Source: Octopus sinensis (lineage: Eukaryota). From it: a stretch of 64,000 nucleotides of DNA. Positions 46,701-61,500 of this stretch are shown piece after piece (the stretch's first letter is position 1; every line of letters begins with the position of its first letter). The notes beneath the pieces were generated by a model. That model ran no database searches, was not told the DNA's origin, and was given only the letters and a program-made list of their open reading frames with translations. Location of the stretch: positions 110,484,001-110,548,000 of the forward strand of contig NC_042997.1 in assembly GCF_006345805.1 (NCBI RefSeq), given 5' to 3'. Both the position numbers and the translations under genes were made by a program.

Positions 46701-49700
46701 AAAAGCCATCAGCTGCCAGTATGCAGAGTTTCCAGAAAAGAAAGAAACATTATAAAATGCTTATAAAATGTTTATGTTATATTGTATTATTTGTTTATAA
46801 AATAAGTATAAGATAAAAGAAAATTGTCAGCTTTTATTATAACTGTTATATATGTTGTTTCCAGTATAAATTAATATTACTTAGAAATATTACCGGTCCC
46901 TGGCACATTGGGGGAAAAAACTGCCAGTACACCAGATCAGATAGTTTGAGAAGCACTGTTCTAGAGTATCTCACTCAATGGTTACTCAGTGGATTGGCAA
47001 GAAGTCCCTTGCAAACATACTCCAACATTTTCTCCAAAGGCATACTGTGTCCTCTCTCAGGTCAACTTTGCCTTTCATCTTTTTGGGGTTGATAAATTAA
47101 GTACTAGTGAAACACTGGGGTCAATGTAATCGACTGGTCCCCTCACCCAAAATTTCGGGCTTTGTGCATTTAGTAGAAAGGATTATTTTTATTTGCTTTT
47201 TACTTGCTGGGTTTGGAGAAAGGGACAGGGTCCATGGTCTTTGTAGACCCTCCTTCAATGGTGGGACTGATGCCATTAATTTACCTCTCAAGTCAACACT
47301 GGTGGGAAAGATATATATTAAGTGTGTCTACAATAACTTATTAATAGTTTAAAACATTCCAAGTATATTAAATATATTAAAATTTAACTACGGTTTATAA
47401 TATTTCAAGTGTTAAATAGATCTTGGGGACATGAGAAAACTTCCTCTGTGTGTGTGCGTGTGTGTGTTGATAGGCAGATAAGTTACTTTCCTTCTTTTTT
47501 TATTTGTTAAGGAACTCACATATTTATGAACTTTCCTTTGTCACCCAGCTCTGCCAGGGAGACTTTTTTCTCTACTATTAATTCATATCTAGAGCCTACA
47601 GGGCCCTAGTAAAAGAAGGCAGGCCCTGTTTCTCTATCAAATTTTGCTGTCTTTTTTTGCTCTTTTACTTGTTTCAGTCATTTGACTGTAGCCATGCTGG
47701 AGCACCGCCTTTAGTCGAGCAGATCGACCCCAGGACTTATTCTTTGTAAGCCTAGTACTTATTCTATTGGTCTCTTTTGCCGAAACACTAAGTTACAGCA
47801 ATGTAAACACACCAGCATCAGTTGTCAAGTGATGTTGGGGGGACAAACACAAACACACAAACATATACACACACACACATATATATATATACACATATAT
47901 ACGACGGGCTTCTTTCAGTTTCCATCTACCAAATCCACTTACAAGGCTTTGGTCAGCCAGAGGCTATAGTAGAAGACACTTGCCCAAGGTGCCATGCAGT
48001 GGGACTGAACCCGGAACCATGTGGTTTGTAAGCAAGCTACTTACCACACAGCCACTCCTACGCCTATTTACTTTGTTTGGCAAATATGTGTGTGTGTGCG
48101 TGCGTGTGTGCATATACCATTGCTTTTGTTTATGTCATACAAATATCATAACTGCTTGTACTTCAAGGTATAACTTTTTGTTTTATCATATTTTTCCTGT
48201 TTGTAATTTTTCCTTCAAATCTATTCACACCCACACTGCCATCACCATTACTTTCATTTTACATCTGTTTTCCATGCTGGCATGGGTTAGACGAGCCATC
48301 AAGTTAGAGTCAACACATATTCAAGGGTAATGTTCACCTAAACAGGTCAGAGGATCACATCTTGTTCATGTGCTTCATTTCTGACTTGGTTTCTACAGCT
48401 GGATGACCTTTCTAACAACAGCCACTTTATATTTGTGTGTTGGGTGTCTTTATGTGTCACCAGCACTACAGAGGAGTCATGTTTTAGGACAAAATTAGAG
48501 GATCGTTACAAAGTGCATTGCAGGTGTTTTTTCAGGATACTAACACTACAGAGATAGCAAAAGCCTTGACACAAGGAATCTCATGACCCCAACATCTTAG
48601 CTCGTTAATCAGCCTTTCAAAAAAAAGTGAAAGGCATGAAGGATAGTGATAAGAGATGTTATATATGAGGAGTTGCCAAAAACTTGCTGGCTTTTGGTAA
48701 AAAAAAAATACAAGAGGATCAGTTAATTATGATTTTATTCAATGTATTCCCCTCTCAGATTCACACACTTATTGCAGTGGTCCTTTGGCTTTTCTAAGCC
48801 CTGTAAAAGAACTTAGAAGGTTGGGCCTCCAGCCTGGCATTTCATGATACCCTTAAGGCCAGGAACTTTTCAGCACCCCCTCATATATCATCACCATCAA
48901 CATTTAGGGTCTGTTTTCCATGCTGGCATTGGCTGGGCGGCTTGACAGGAACTAGTAAGGCTGTCAGCCACACCAAGTTTTACAGTCTGTTTTGGTTTGG
49001 TTTTTACAGCTGGATGCCCTTCCTAATGCCAACCATTTTTACAGAGTGTACTGGGTGCTTTTTACATGGTACCAGTACCATATCTTTATATTAGTTACAA
49101 GATTCATTAGAATCTAGAAGCATCAACACCAAGGGGACCAGAACAAGCTAGGTGCCATAACATAGGGTTCACACTAAGGTAAAATAATCATGGGGTATCA
49201 AGTTAGTAGCATACCACAGATATGTAGAGACTGAATCCAATATCAACTGTAGATTTGATTCCAGGTTGCTTCCAGATGTGGTATAGACACACAAAAAGCA
49301 TTTGTATTTTTTAGATATATATATCTGAGCGTGATCATTGCCAGGGCTACAGATTGGCTCCCATGCCAGTGACACATGAAAAGTACCATTTGAGCATGAT
49401 CATTGCCAGTGTTGCCTTACCGGCACATGTGCCAGTGGCACATGAAAAACAACATTTGAGCATGATCGTTGCCAGTGGCGCCAGACTGGCTCCTGTGCAG
49501 GTAGCACATAAAAACACCTTTTGAGCGTGGTTGCTGCCAGAACCGCCTGACTGGCCGAGTTGGCATTAGGAAGGGCAACAAGCTGTAGAAACTTTGCCAG
49601 ATCAGATTGGAGTTTGGTGCAGCCTCTGGCTTGCTAGTCATCAGTCAAGCCGTCCAACCCATGCCAGCATGGAAAGTGGATGTTAAATGATAATGATGAT

Positions 49701-49702
49701 GA

Positions 49703-49749
<47 letters not shown>

Positions 49750-52700
49750 GATGACATAGTAAATGAAATATATGAATACATGGATGATGCATCTTGTTGA
49801 TACACTAGAACCTTTAACTAAGACCAATCCATAAACTCCTGACTACCAAGGGTACACGCCCTCTCCTAACTGCTGTTCTCTTATCTACAGACCCATACTT
49901 ACGGGCAGTTATGCCTAACCAGTCTTGTTACAATCACCAACTCTTTGATGAATTCAATGGAAGAGAGCCCTTCCCCTTGCATCCTCACTTGAGAAAGTTG
50001 ATGAGGGTTTCACTGAGGAGAAGAGTATCTGTCTTGAAACCTTTCAGCCTCTTTTGTGCCCATGAGAATAGTTAAGGACCAAAATGTAAAAACATCATCT
50101 GGTCGCATCCTGTCACAAGGAACATATTATGCTGATGGCAAAAATGTTTTATTGATCCACTTCACCTGGAAATAAGTATTACATACAGCAACAAGGGCAT
50201 CATACAGTTGAGGTTTCATTACAATTCTGATTTCAATGACTCACAGAAAGTGGGGCCTTCCTATTAGAGTATCCTTATTAAAATGCCCTCATAGGAAGGT
50301 TCCAGTTTTCTAATAATTTTACTGAACACATGAAAGTGGACAAGATATCTCTTATATTCTTTTACTTGTTTCAGTCATTTGACTGTGGCCATGCTGGAGC
50401 ATCGTCTTTAGTCAAACAAATCCTTGTCTGGTACTGGATCAATCCCAAAAATCTAATCAGTTTGTACCAGTCATGAGGCCAAACATAGCTGAAAGTTTCA
50501 TCTGGATCCATCCAGCTGTTCTTGAGATATCTATCAGTCTCTTTTGCCGAACTGCTAAGTCACAGGGGATATAAACACACCAACATCGGTTGTCAAGCAA
50601 TGATGGGTGAGGCAACAAACACAGGCACGCAGATACATACACACACACACACACACACACATACACACACACATGCACACACACACACACACACACAAAT
50701 ATATATACACAAACACACATATATATATATTATATACATGATGGGCTTCTTTCAGTTTCCATCTACCAAATCCACTCACAAGGCTTTGGTCAGCCCAAGG
50801 CTATAGTAGAAGACACTTGCCCAAGGTGCCATGCAGTGGGACTGAACCTGGAACCATGTGGTTGGGAAGCAAGCTTTTTACCACACAGCCACTCTTGCAC
50901 CTATAATAAACTTTCTTTCATCGGTTCCAGCTAGTCTGGTCATGGCCATACTGGAGCACTTTCATTCATAAAAAATATTACCAAGCATAGACATGAACCA
51001 AAATACCTGATATTAAACTCTTGCAATCTACTGAATGAGCTGAAAAATGCGAGTCGAAGAATTTAATGAAAGACATCTGATTACTCACCTGTACATTAAG
51101 CCACCTCTGTCACGAGCGTTCATCCTTCCCCATTCTCCATTCTCAAAAGCTTCCTAAAAATGAAAAATAAAAAATGTTTTAAACTAAAAGATATTATGAA
51201 CTGCAGTCTCTAATTGCTTTTGTTAATTATCATCTTCATTATCAACATTAAAGCTGATTATTATCATTTTTACCTCCGCTTTAGTGAAGGCGGAGGTATT
51301 GTTTTCAGCCACGTTTGTTTGTCTGTGGACAAGATATATCAAGAACTGCTGGATGGATTCGAATAAAATTTTCAGGGATGTTTGGCCTCATGACTGGTAC
51401 AATCTGATTAGATTTTCGGATTGATCCCGTACTGGACAAGGATTCTGGATTGTTTTTCCTGTTTTTTTATTTTTTTAGAGTGGTCGGGTTCATTTTTAGT
51501 ATTCTTGTTTGTGAGAGCAGTCGAGTTTATTTCAGATATTCTCATTTTAAAACATCATCTCCGGCTAATCATTGAGAGGGTGTTGGTGTTATTATTGTTC
51601 AGGTTGCATGCTGGTAAAATTGTTAGCAGAATGGGTGAAATGCTTAGCAGCATTTCATCCGTCTTCACATTTTGAGTTCAATCCCACCAAGATCAACTTT
51701 GCATTTCATACTTTCAGGGTCAATAAAGTAAGTACCAGTTGAGTACAAGGGGTCGATGTGATTGACTTATCCCCCCCCAATTGCTGGCATTGTGCCAAAA
51801 TCTGAAATCAGTGTCATCGTTGTTGATATTGCTATTGTTGTGAGGGCACATGGCCTAGTGGTTAGGGTGTTGCACTCATGATTACGAGATCGTGGTTTCA
51901 ATTCCTAGACCAGGGGGTGCATTGTGTTCCTGAGCAAAACACTCCATCTCATGTTGCTCTGCAATCACTTCGACACCTGACGCATGGCATACCTGTGCAC
52001 CTGTTTAAACAACATTGATTTGATGGAGAGAGTGAGTTAATGTGCGGCACGAACATTTGATCCCTATAAACAAATCATTTGTGCAGGTCATTCGACAAAA
52101 GCTGGACACTCATACATCGTCTTCGACGGGACAGTCCGTCATTGTTGTTGCTATTAAGGCAGTCAGTTGACAGAATTGGTAGCACATTAAGTGAAATGCT
52201 TAGTGTTATAATCTTACAATGTCTTCCTGATGTAAATGTCTTCTCTTGATGTAAATAAATTACTCACTTCTATTACGGGTGTTTACTGTTGATTAAATAA
52301 TATTTTAAATTGACTGTTGGGCCTCACAGAAGCAAGATGGCTGAGTTCCTATCAAGCATTGGCCCCATGGGAGCAAAGTGGCTGAGTTCCTTTCAAGTGT
52401 TGGGTCTCATGGAGGCAATGACCAAAACCTCCGGCATTATGTCGTGTTTGAGAAGAAGAGCCATCATGCTGAGCAAAATCGCAATCATGGCAGAGACTAG
52501 TGTCACACAAATGGCACCCATGCCAGTGGCACATAAAAACACCCATTACACTCTCAAAGTGATTGGCGTTAGGAAGGGCAGCATCCAACCATAGAAAACC
52601 ATGTCAAATCAGACAGGAGCCTGGTGCAGCTTTCCAGTGTGCCAGCCCAGTCAAACCGTCCAACCCATGCCAGCATGGACAACGGACATTGAATGATGAT

Positions 52701-55224
52701 GATGATGATGATGAAGGTGGTGAGCTGGCACAATACTTAGTGGTATTTCGTCCATCTTTACATTCTGAGTTCAAATTCTGCTGAGGTCGACTTTGCCTTT
52801 ATTTTTTTTTTTTGGTCAATAAAATATGTACCAGTTGAACACTGGGCTCAATGTAGTCGACTTATCTCCCTCCCCCCAAAATTTCTGGCCTTGTGCCAAA
52901 ATTTGAAACCAATAACGAAATACTGTGACCTATATGTTTATTCTGAATATATTCTAGCATAAAGGCGGCGAGCTGACAGAAGCGTTAGGACGCCGGGCGA
53001 AATACTGCTAAGCATTTCACCTAACACTACGTTCTGAGTTCAAATTCTGCTGAAGTTGACTTTGCCTTTTATCCTTTTGGGGTCGATTAAATAAGTACCA
53101 GTTGTGCACTGGGGTCAATGTAATCGACATAATCCCTTTGTTTATCCTTGTTTGTCCCCTCATCGTTTAGCCCCTCTGTGGGCAATAAAGAAATATATTC
53201 TGACATATTCAAATGTGAATATATTAATCGCTGTTGTGTGTCGTCACAGAACAACTCCTTTATGACAAATATGTGTTCACAACACACGATTCATTAGTGC
53301 AAGGGGATACAGTGTTTTGACATTATTGTATCGTGTCAATAGCGGCAAGCCGGCAGAATCGTTAGCACACATGGCGAAATGCTTAGCAGTATTTTGTTTG
53401 CTCATACATTCTGAGTTCAAATTCTGCCAAGGTCGACTTTGTCTTTCATCCTTTCAGGGTCAATAAATTAAGTACCAGTTGCATACTTGGGTCAATCTAA
53501 TTGACTGGCCCCCACTCCCCCAAAATTTCAGGCCTTGTAACCATAGTGGAAAGGGTTATTGTGTCGCTTCAGCCAAAGCATCCTATATTAACTAATCTAA
53601 CGAGAGTTTGAACCTCTAGTTTATAAATTCAGTAGACAAATTATTTGCTGGTTCATGCTGACAATAAATCATTAAAGGCATGGTGAACAATGAGATGGGA
53701 AACAGCAACAGACATATTCATTCTTAATATTTTCCTGCAGATTTGAACATGAATATGCTAATCACTGTTGTGTTTCATTACCATGAATCATCATCATCAT
53801 TTACTGTCCGTTTTCCCAGCTAGCATGGGTTGGATGGTTTGACTGGAGCTGGCCTGGAGCCATACCAGGCACCAATCGTCTGTTTTGGCATAGATTCTAC
53901 AGCTGGATGCCCTTTCTGATGCCAACCAATTTACAGAGTGTACTAGGTGCTTTGTATATAACACCAGCACCAGTGCTTTTCATGTGACACCAGGGTGGAT
54001 GCTTTTAATGTGGCAACAGCATGTATGCATTATGTGGTACCAGCATCGGTATGCATTATGTGGTACCAGCCTCAGTACCACATAGGTGGCACTGTGACCA
54101 CCAATGCTTTTAGTAAACAAATTGTTTGTTGATATTGTACAAAAGAATATCAGCTCTTGTTAGATTTATCAGTTTAGGGTGCTTGTCACTGATGAGACAC
54201 AAAGAGGATGAAACACCAGGACTAGGAATGAACCAAGTGTGTTACAAACACATTCATCATAAACAATTTGTTGTTCTTCTGTGGAAAAACACAACAGTGA
54301 TTAGCATACTGAATGTTAGCCACATTCAGATGGTGCTTTTTATGTGCCACCGGCACAGGGAGCCAGTCAGGCAGTACTGGCAACAACCTATGCATGAATG
54401 GTGCTTACTGTGTGCCACCAACATCGGAGCCAATCAGGTGGCACTGGCATTAGCCACATTTGGATGGTGCTTTTTATGTGTCACTGGCACAGGGAGCCAG
54501 TCAGGCAGCACTGGCATCGCCCACAACTACAATTTCCATTTTGATTTCGATTTGATTGAGATTCTGATTTTTGATTTTACTCGACTCAATAAGACTCCTC
54601 AAGCACGGCGTGTTGCCCGACAATTCAAAGGTACTTTTTAAGTGAGTTGGTTATGCGACACTGGTGTAGGCTATAGCTGTGATCTCACTTTACTTGCCCG
54701 GGTCTCCTCAAGCACAGCATGCCACCGAATGAATAATCTATCTCATAGTATGGAGGCATTTAGCTTGGTGGTTAAGCTGTTTGGCTCATGATTGTAAGGT
54801 TATGAGTTTGATTCCCAGTGACACATTGTGTCCTTGAGCAAGACACTTTATTTCACGTCGGGCAGTCCACTCTGCTGGCAAAATTGAATTGTACTTGTAA
54901 TTCAGAAGGGGCCAGCCTTGTCACATTCTGTGTCATGCTGAATCTCCCTGAGAACTATATCAAGAGTATGCATGTCTGTGGTGTACTCAGCCACTTGCAC
55001 ATTAATTTCACGAGCTGGCTGTTCTGTTGATTGGATCAGCTGGAACCCTCCTCTGGTTGTAACCAACAGAACGGCTTAGTTTATTTCTCAGTGTACAATA
55101 CTGCATTTCAGGGAGTTTTTTGAGAGGAGGGGGAAGAGAGTAAACAGGGAAAGAAAAAATAAAGAGAGAGACATAAAAGCGAGAAAGAGAGACAAACAGA
55201 CAAAGAGAGAGAGAGAGACAAAGA

Positions 55225-55276
<52 letters not shown>

Positions 55277-58241
55277 GAGAGCGCATGCTCAAATGAGACT
55301 CAACTTTCAGTGACCTTGCAAATATTCAGTTTAATTTCAACTACTTCATCCTAACAAACCCAGGATGTTTGACCCCACAACAGCCACCCCCACAATCACT
55401 GATACCCCCACCCACCTATGCAACAGCCCCCCTCCCATCCCTCTCCATCACTTACTTCTGAAAAACCAATCAAGTTATCTAAATACAAACATCTTCACTC
55501 TGAAATATATTCCAGATAACTTATACGAAATAGGTCACCTACTTTCTAAATCTCCACTGACATTTTACAAACCTTAAACTAACTGATTCGCATTGGTTGC
55601 TGTTGCTGTTGTTTAGCCCAAGGCGAGTCTTGATCCACCAGTCCTATGTCACTGAAGGTATCTTTTTCTTATCTTGTTTCACTCATTTAGACTATCGGCC
55701 ATACTGGGGCAGCACCTTGAAGAAATTTAGTCAAATGCATAGACCCCGGTACTTATTTTTTTTAAAAGCTGGATGCCCTTCCTAACGTCAACCACTCCGT
55801 GAATGTAGCGGGTGCTTTTTACGTGCCACTGGCACAGGGGCCAGAGGAGGCTGGCAACAGCCACGAACGGTTGGTGCTTTTTACGTGCCACTGGCACAGA
55901 AGCCAGTCAAGGCAGCGCTGGCATCGGCCACGTTCAGATGGTGCTTTTTGCGTGCCACCGGCATGAGTATCACAACTACAATTTCCATTTGATTTTTATT
56001 TTGATGTTGATATACTTGACTCAATAGGTCTCCTCAAGCACAGCAGGCCATCCTGTGATAATATATACATACATACACACGCGCGCACACACACGATGGG
56101 CCTTTTCTGTTTCCATCTACCAAATCCACTCACAAGGCTTTGGTCAGCCTGAGGCTATAGTAGAAGACACTTGCCCAAGGTGCCACACAGTGGGACTGAA
56201 CCCAGAACCATGTGGTTGGTAAGCAAACTTCTTACCAAACAGCCACTCCTGTAAGCAAACAATGAGGTGTCAAGCACAGATGTTTTCTCATAGCTGATGG
56301 CCATACTGCAGCAAAACTTCCATCTCTCTCTCTCTTTCATGTCTCTCAATTTTTTCTTCCTGTTTACTCTCTCTTCCTCCTCCCTCTCTATATCTCTATA
56401 TATATATATATATAGTGAAGGCACATGGCTTAGTGGTTAGGATGTTGCACTCACGAATGTGAGATTGTGGGTTCAATTCCCAGGTCAGGCGTTGCGTTTT
56501 GTTCTTGACCAAAGCACTTCATTCCATGTTGTTCTGTGATCCTTTCGTCATATGACATGTGGCACATGGTGTACCTGTTCAGGTAATGTCAATTTGATGG
56601 CGGCATGTGCTTATGTCTACACAAACATTTGATTAAACAAATTATCTGCGTCGTTGTTCAGCAAAAATTTGCCCCAACCCTCATTCATTGTCTAACAACA
56701 AGAAGAGTCCATGATACATGCATATACAGGGGTTGGACAAAATAATGCAAACACCTTAAAAATCCAAACAAATTTATTTTAATATGGGGTAGGACCACCT
56801 TTGACAGTAATTACAGCTTGAATTCTACAAGGTATGGACTCGTACAAAGTCTGAATTGTTTCCAAAGGAATTTTCCTCCATTCTTCAGCTAAAACAGTCT
56901 CCAGTTCTTGTAGTGATGATGGTGGAGGATATCGACTCCTTACTTGCTTTTTTTTAAAATGCACCATAAATGTTCAATAATATTTAGATCTGGGGACTGT
57001 GGTGGCCAGATAAGATGTTCAGCTTCACTAGAACGTTCCTCGTGCCACTCAGTAACAACTTTAGCTGTGTGAATTAGTGCATTATCATCCTGAAAGATTG
57101 TGTTTCCCTTCAGAAACAGTTCCACAACCATAGGATGAATTTGATCAGATAAAATGCTTAAATAGTCTTCACTATTAATTCTGCCATGAAAGGAAACCAT
57201 TGGGCCGGCGGATTTCCAAGATATAGACCCCTCCCAGATTATCACAGATCCTCCTCCATGTTTAGCAGTTGGAAGATGGCTGTCTGGGTCAAATGCTTCT
57301 TTTGGCTGTCTCCACATGGATACTCGGTCGATGGTCAGAAATAAGGTAAAGAATGACTCATCCGAGAAAATAACATTCTTCCACTGCTCTAGGGACCAAT
57401 TCTGTAGATTTTTACTCCACTCTAAATGCTTTGCAACGTTTGTTTTTGAAAGTAGTGGTTTTCTGATTACAGCCCTCCCATAAAATCTGGCTTTGTGCAG
57501 CTCCAGGCAAACAGTTTTGTTGAAACTGGGTTCTCGTGGTGGTCAAAAACTCTGCAGTAATTTTGGGAGCTGTACTTTTGTGATCCTTTCTAACAATTTG
57601 CATAAGAGTCCAACGGTCCCTATCTGAAAGTTTTGGTTTTCTTCTGGAGTTTTGTTTCAATGAGGAGGTTTTTCCCTCTTTCTCAAAAGCTGTCATTACT
57701 TTCAAGACAGTACTTCTTGATATACCAAACATTTTGGCTGTTTTCATTATGCTAGCGCCTGCCATACGAGCACCACTAATTTGACCTCTTTGAAAGTCTG
57801 ATAGATCTGTCATTTTAATGAATTTTAATTACCTTTTTCTGATGATATCTGAAAAAAAAACAGCAATTTTAGCAAAACATATTAAGCAACACTAATAATT
57901 AATCAGAAAACAAAAATAGACAAGCTTTTGACTATTTTATAGATATTTCAAAATTATGATGCTATAATGCTAGGTGTTTCCATTATTTTGTCCAACCCCT
58001 GTATATATATATATATATATATAGGTAGTGAGCTGGCAGAATCATTAGCACACCAGGCAAAATTCTTAGCAGTATTTCATCTGCAATTACGTTCTGAGTT
58101 CAAATTCCACTGAGGTGAACTTAGCCTTTCATCCTTTCAGGGTCAATTAAATAAGTACCAGTTATGCACTGGGGTCAATGTAATCCACTTAATCCCTTTG
58201 TCTGTCTCCTCTACGTTTAGCCCCCTGTGGGCAATAAAGGA

Positions 58242-58276
<35 letters not shown>

Positions 58277-58497
58277 ATATAGGTAGTGAGCTGGCAGAAT
58301 CATTAGCACACCAGGCAAAATTCTTAGCAGTATTTCATCTGCAATTACGTTCTGAGTTCAAATTCCACTGAGGTGAACTTAGCCTTTCATCCTTTCAGGG
58401 TCAATTAAATAAGTACCAGTTATGCACTGGGGTCAATGTAATCCACTTAATCCCTTTGTCTGTCTCCTCTACGTTTAGCCCCCTGTGGGCAATAAAG

Positions 58498-58548
<51 letters not shown>

Positions 58549-61500
58549 GAGACTTATTGAGTCAAGTAAAATCAAATCGAAATCAAAATGGAAATTGTAG
58601 TTGTGGCCGATGCCAGTGCCACCTGACTGGCTCACATGCTGGTGGCAGGCAATAAGCACCACTCATGCGTGCGGTCATTGCTAGTGCTGCTTAACTGGCT
58701 TCCAGTGCCACTTGACTGATTCCCCATGCCAGTGACACATAAAATGGACCATCCGACTGGCTCCTGTGCCACTAGCACATAAAAAGCACCATCTAAAGGT
58801 TGCTGATGCCAGTACTGCCTGATGGCCCTTGTACCGGTGGCACATGAAAAGCACCCACTACACTCTCAGAGTGGTTGGTGTTAGGAAGATCAGATTGGAG
58901 CCTGGTGCAGCCTCCTGGCTCACCAGTCCTCAGTCAAACCATCCAACCCATGGCAGCATGGGAAGCGGACGTTAAATGATGATGATGATGATATTGCATT
59001 CTCATAAGTATATGTCTGAGTGAGTGTATGTGTATGCATGTGTGCAATTGTGTGTATGAGAGTGCATATTCTTTAGAGAGAAAGAGAGAGAGAGAGAGAA
59101 AGTATGATGATGATGATGTAGTGGTGGTAGTGATGATGATGGCGGTGGTGGTGGTGGTTGTGGCAATGATTTCTCTTAAACACCCACCCATTAAACTCAC
59201 CTTGGCTGCCTCCACTGCTCTGTTCACATCCTCCTTTGTGGCTTTCGACACTTTACAGATCACCTACAACAAACAATGAATATATTTCTCTTAATTAATA
59301 CAATTCAAAGACAGCCCTAACGATCTTAAATACAATAGACAAGAACCAAGTAGGGTCCTACACACTGATACACTAGGCCATTAGTTTGCAAACTAACAAA
59401 TACCAGCCCCCTAACCCAACAATACCTTTTCTTTCTTTCCTTTACTCATTTCAGTCTGTGGCCATGCTGGGGCACCACCTTAAAGGATTTTAGTTGAATG
59501 AATCAAACCCAGTTCTCAATTTCCTTTCTTAAGGTTCTTATTCTTTTGGTCTCCTGTGTAAAACCACTTGGCAACCAGTGTTGGTGTGTTTATGTCCCTC
59601 TAAGTTAGCAGTTGATAGAATAAGTACCAGGATGTAAACAAAAAATTAATAAAGGGGTTAATTTGACTGACCAAAATCCTTCAAAGTGGTGCCTCAGCAT
59701 GGTCATGGTCTAATGGCTGAAACAGGTAAGAAGTAAATAAAACTATAAAACAAAAAAGAGAGCTCAGACATGAAAACAAAACTCACCGATTCATCTGCTG
59801 GGTTGATAGTGTTGTAAGTGACACAATCGGAAGAATCGACAAACTCATTGTCAATGAAACACTGATGAGGAAAGGTGATGTCCATATTGTTAACATGCAG
59901 CTTCACCTGGTGATGAACAAAAACATTTTTACCATTAAATAATTCCTTCAAAACACAACAAAATTTCTTAAAGGAACAACCAAGTGTTGACTCCTCCTCA
60001 TCATCATCATCATCAAAGAACACATTCTTTAGTGTTTTGGATCAGTTCAAGTAATGCCAGCATGCAAAGAAACCATTTTAGCATTGGTGGTGAACATTAT
60101 GGTAACTGCAATGAAAAATGGTAAATACTGTTGGCTCCAGATCACTTACAGCATCAAATTCAAAAGGTTCTTCATCTGTGATTCCACGACTACGTAATAT
60201 AATGTAATTGGACAGTTCTGCAAATGTGGTATTCATGTAGATGTGTTCATTCTCTAAAGCAACACCACCACATTTCTCTTTGATTTCTTCAACCAATCTA
60301 AAAAGTAACAACAACAATAAAGAAATATATTCCACAAAAACAAATAAAGAAGGAAATAACACTTTTATTTATCTTCTGAATAAAGGAGTGTATGGAGATG
60401 TGTGTGTGTGTGTGTGTGTGTATTTTGAAAGGAAAAGAATCAAAGTATGTATATGAATATACATACATGTCGGTACTTATGCAATATGTATAAGCACGTA
60501 ATCTAATGGATATCCTATGTATATGTGTATGTACAAAGAATTAAATTGAAGAATTTATTAAAAATTACGGAGATGTACTTGCATAGCAAGTGACCTGATC
60601 TGAGATCGTGTCCTCGAACGAAAACAATTGCAGCGTGGAAGGTGTTTATAAGCCATTTAAGAAACACACAAAATCCATTAGATTCACTTCAACATTTAAA
60701 TTTAATTTGTCAAAATATTTTCGTTGCTTTGAGACTGCGACCTGTTCACTGACAAAACTCTGTGCTGCACGGAGTTTTGTCAGTGAACAGGTCACAGTCT
60801 CAAAGCAACGAAAATATTTTGACAAATTAAATTTAAATATTAAAAATTAACTAAGCTAAAACTAGAATAACTGACTATGAATCAAGTGTTATGTAGTTCC
60901 TTATGTATATAAATGGTCTGGTTCTGGTAGATTCATTGGTCTGGCAAGGAAGCACTAACTGAAGACCCTTTAAGCCATTGAATTGCTCGTCTTATGAATG
61001 TCTGAGGGGAGAAGGTGATCCGATGACAAGAAACAATAATATTCAGGTGAAATCTGTCAGAAGGTATTGAGAGCACCTCAAGAATTATAAGCTATGAAGC
61101 AAGGCACAAGAAGCCAGTGCCATTTTGAATGAGATCTCGCCAGTAGCCATTGCCATGTCTGAGAAAAGAACGAGATCTTGCCTGCAACCATTTGCCATGC
61201 ACGAGACGACAACGAGATTCTCGCCAGCAACCAGTATTTAAGCAAGAAACCAATGATTTTCTTTCTCTCATTCCTTCCCATGGTTATGCTGAGAAACACT
61301 GCAAAGCCAGCAACTCACAGCAGACTCTTGTCCCATTTCTAACTCCACATGCTTATCTCCAGAGGAAACGAACCTCACATGTATAGAGTTAAGACACACC
61401 ATGCACTGCCATAAAGATGGTCACTGAGAGCAAACCACATGAACGAGAACTCTGTAAATAAATAGCTATTGGATTGTACTCCGCTTGTGAACTTCTTCTT

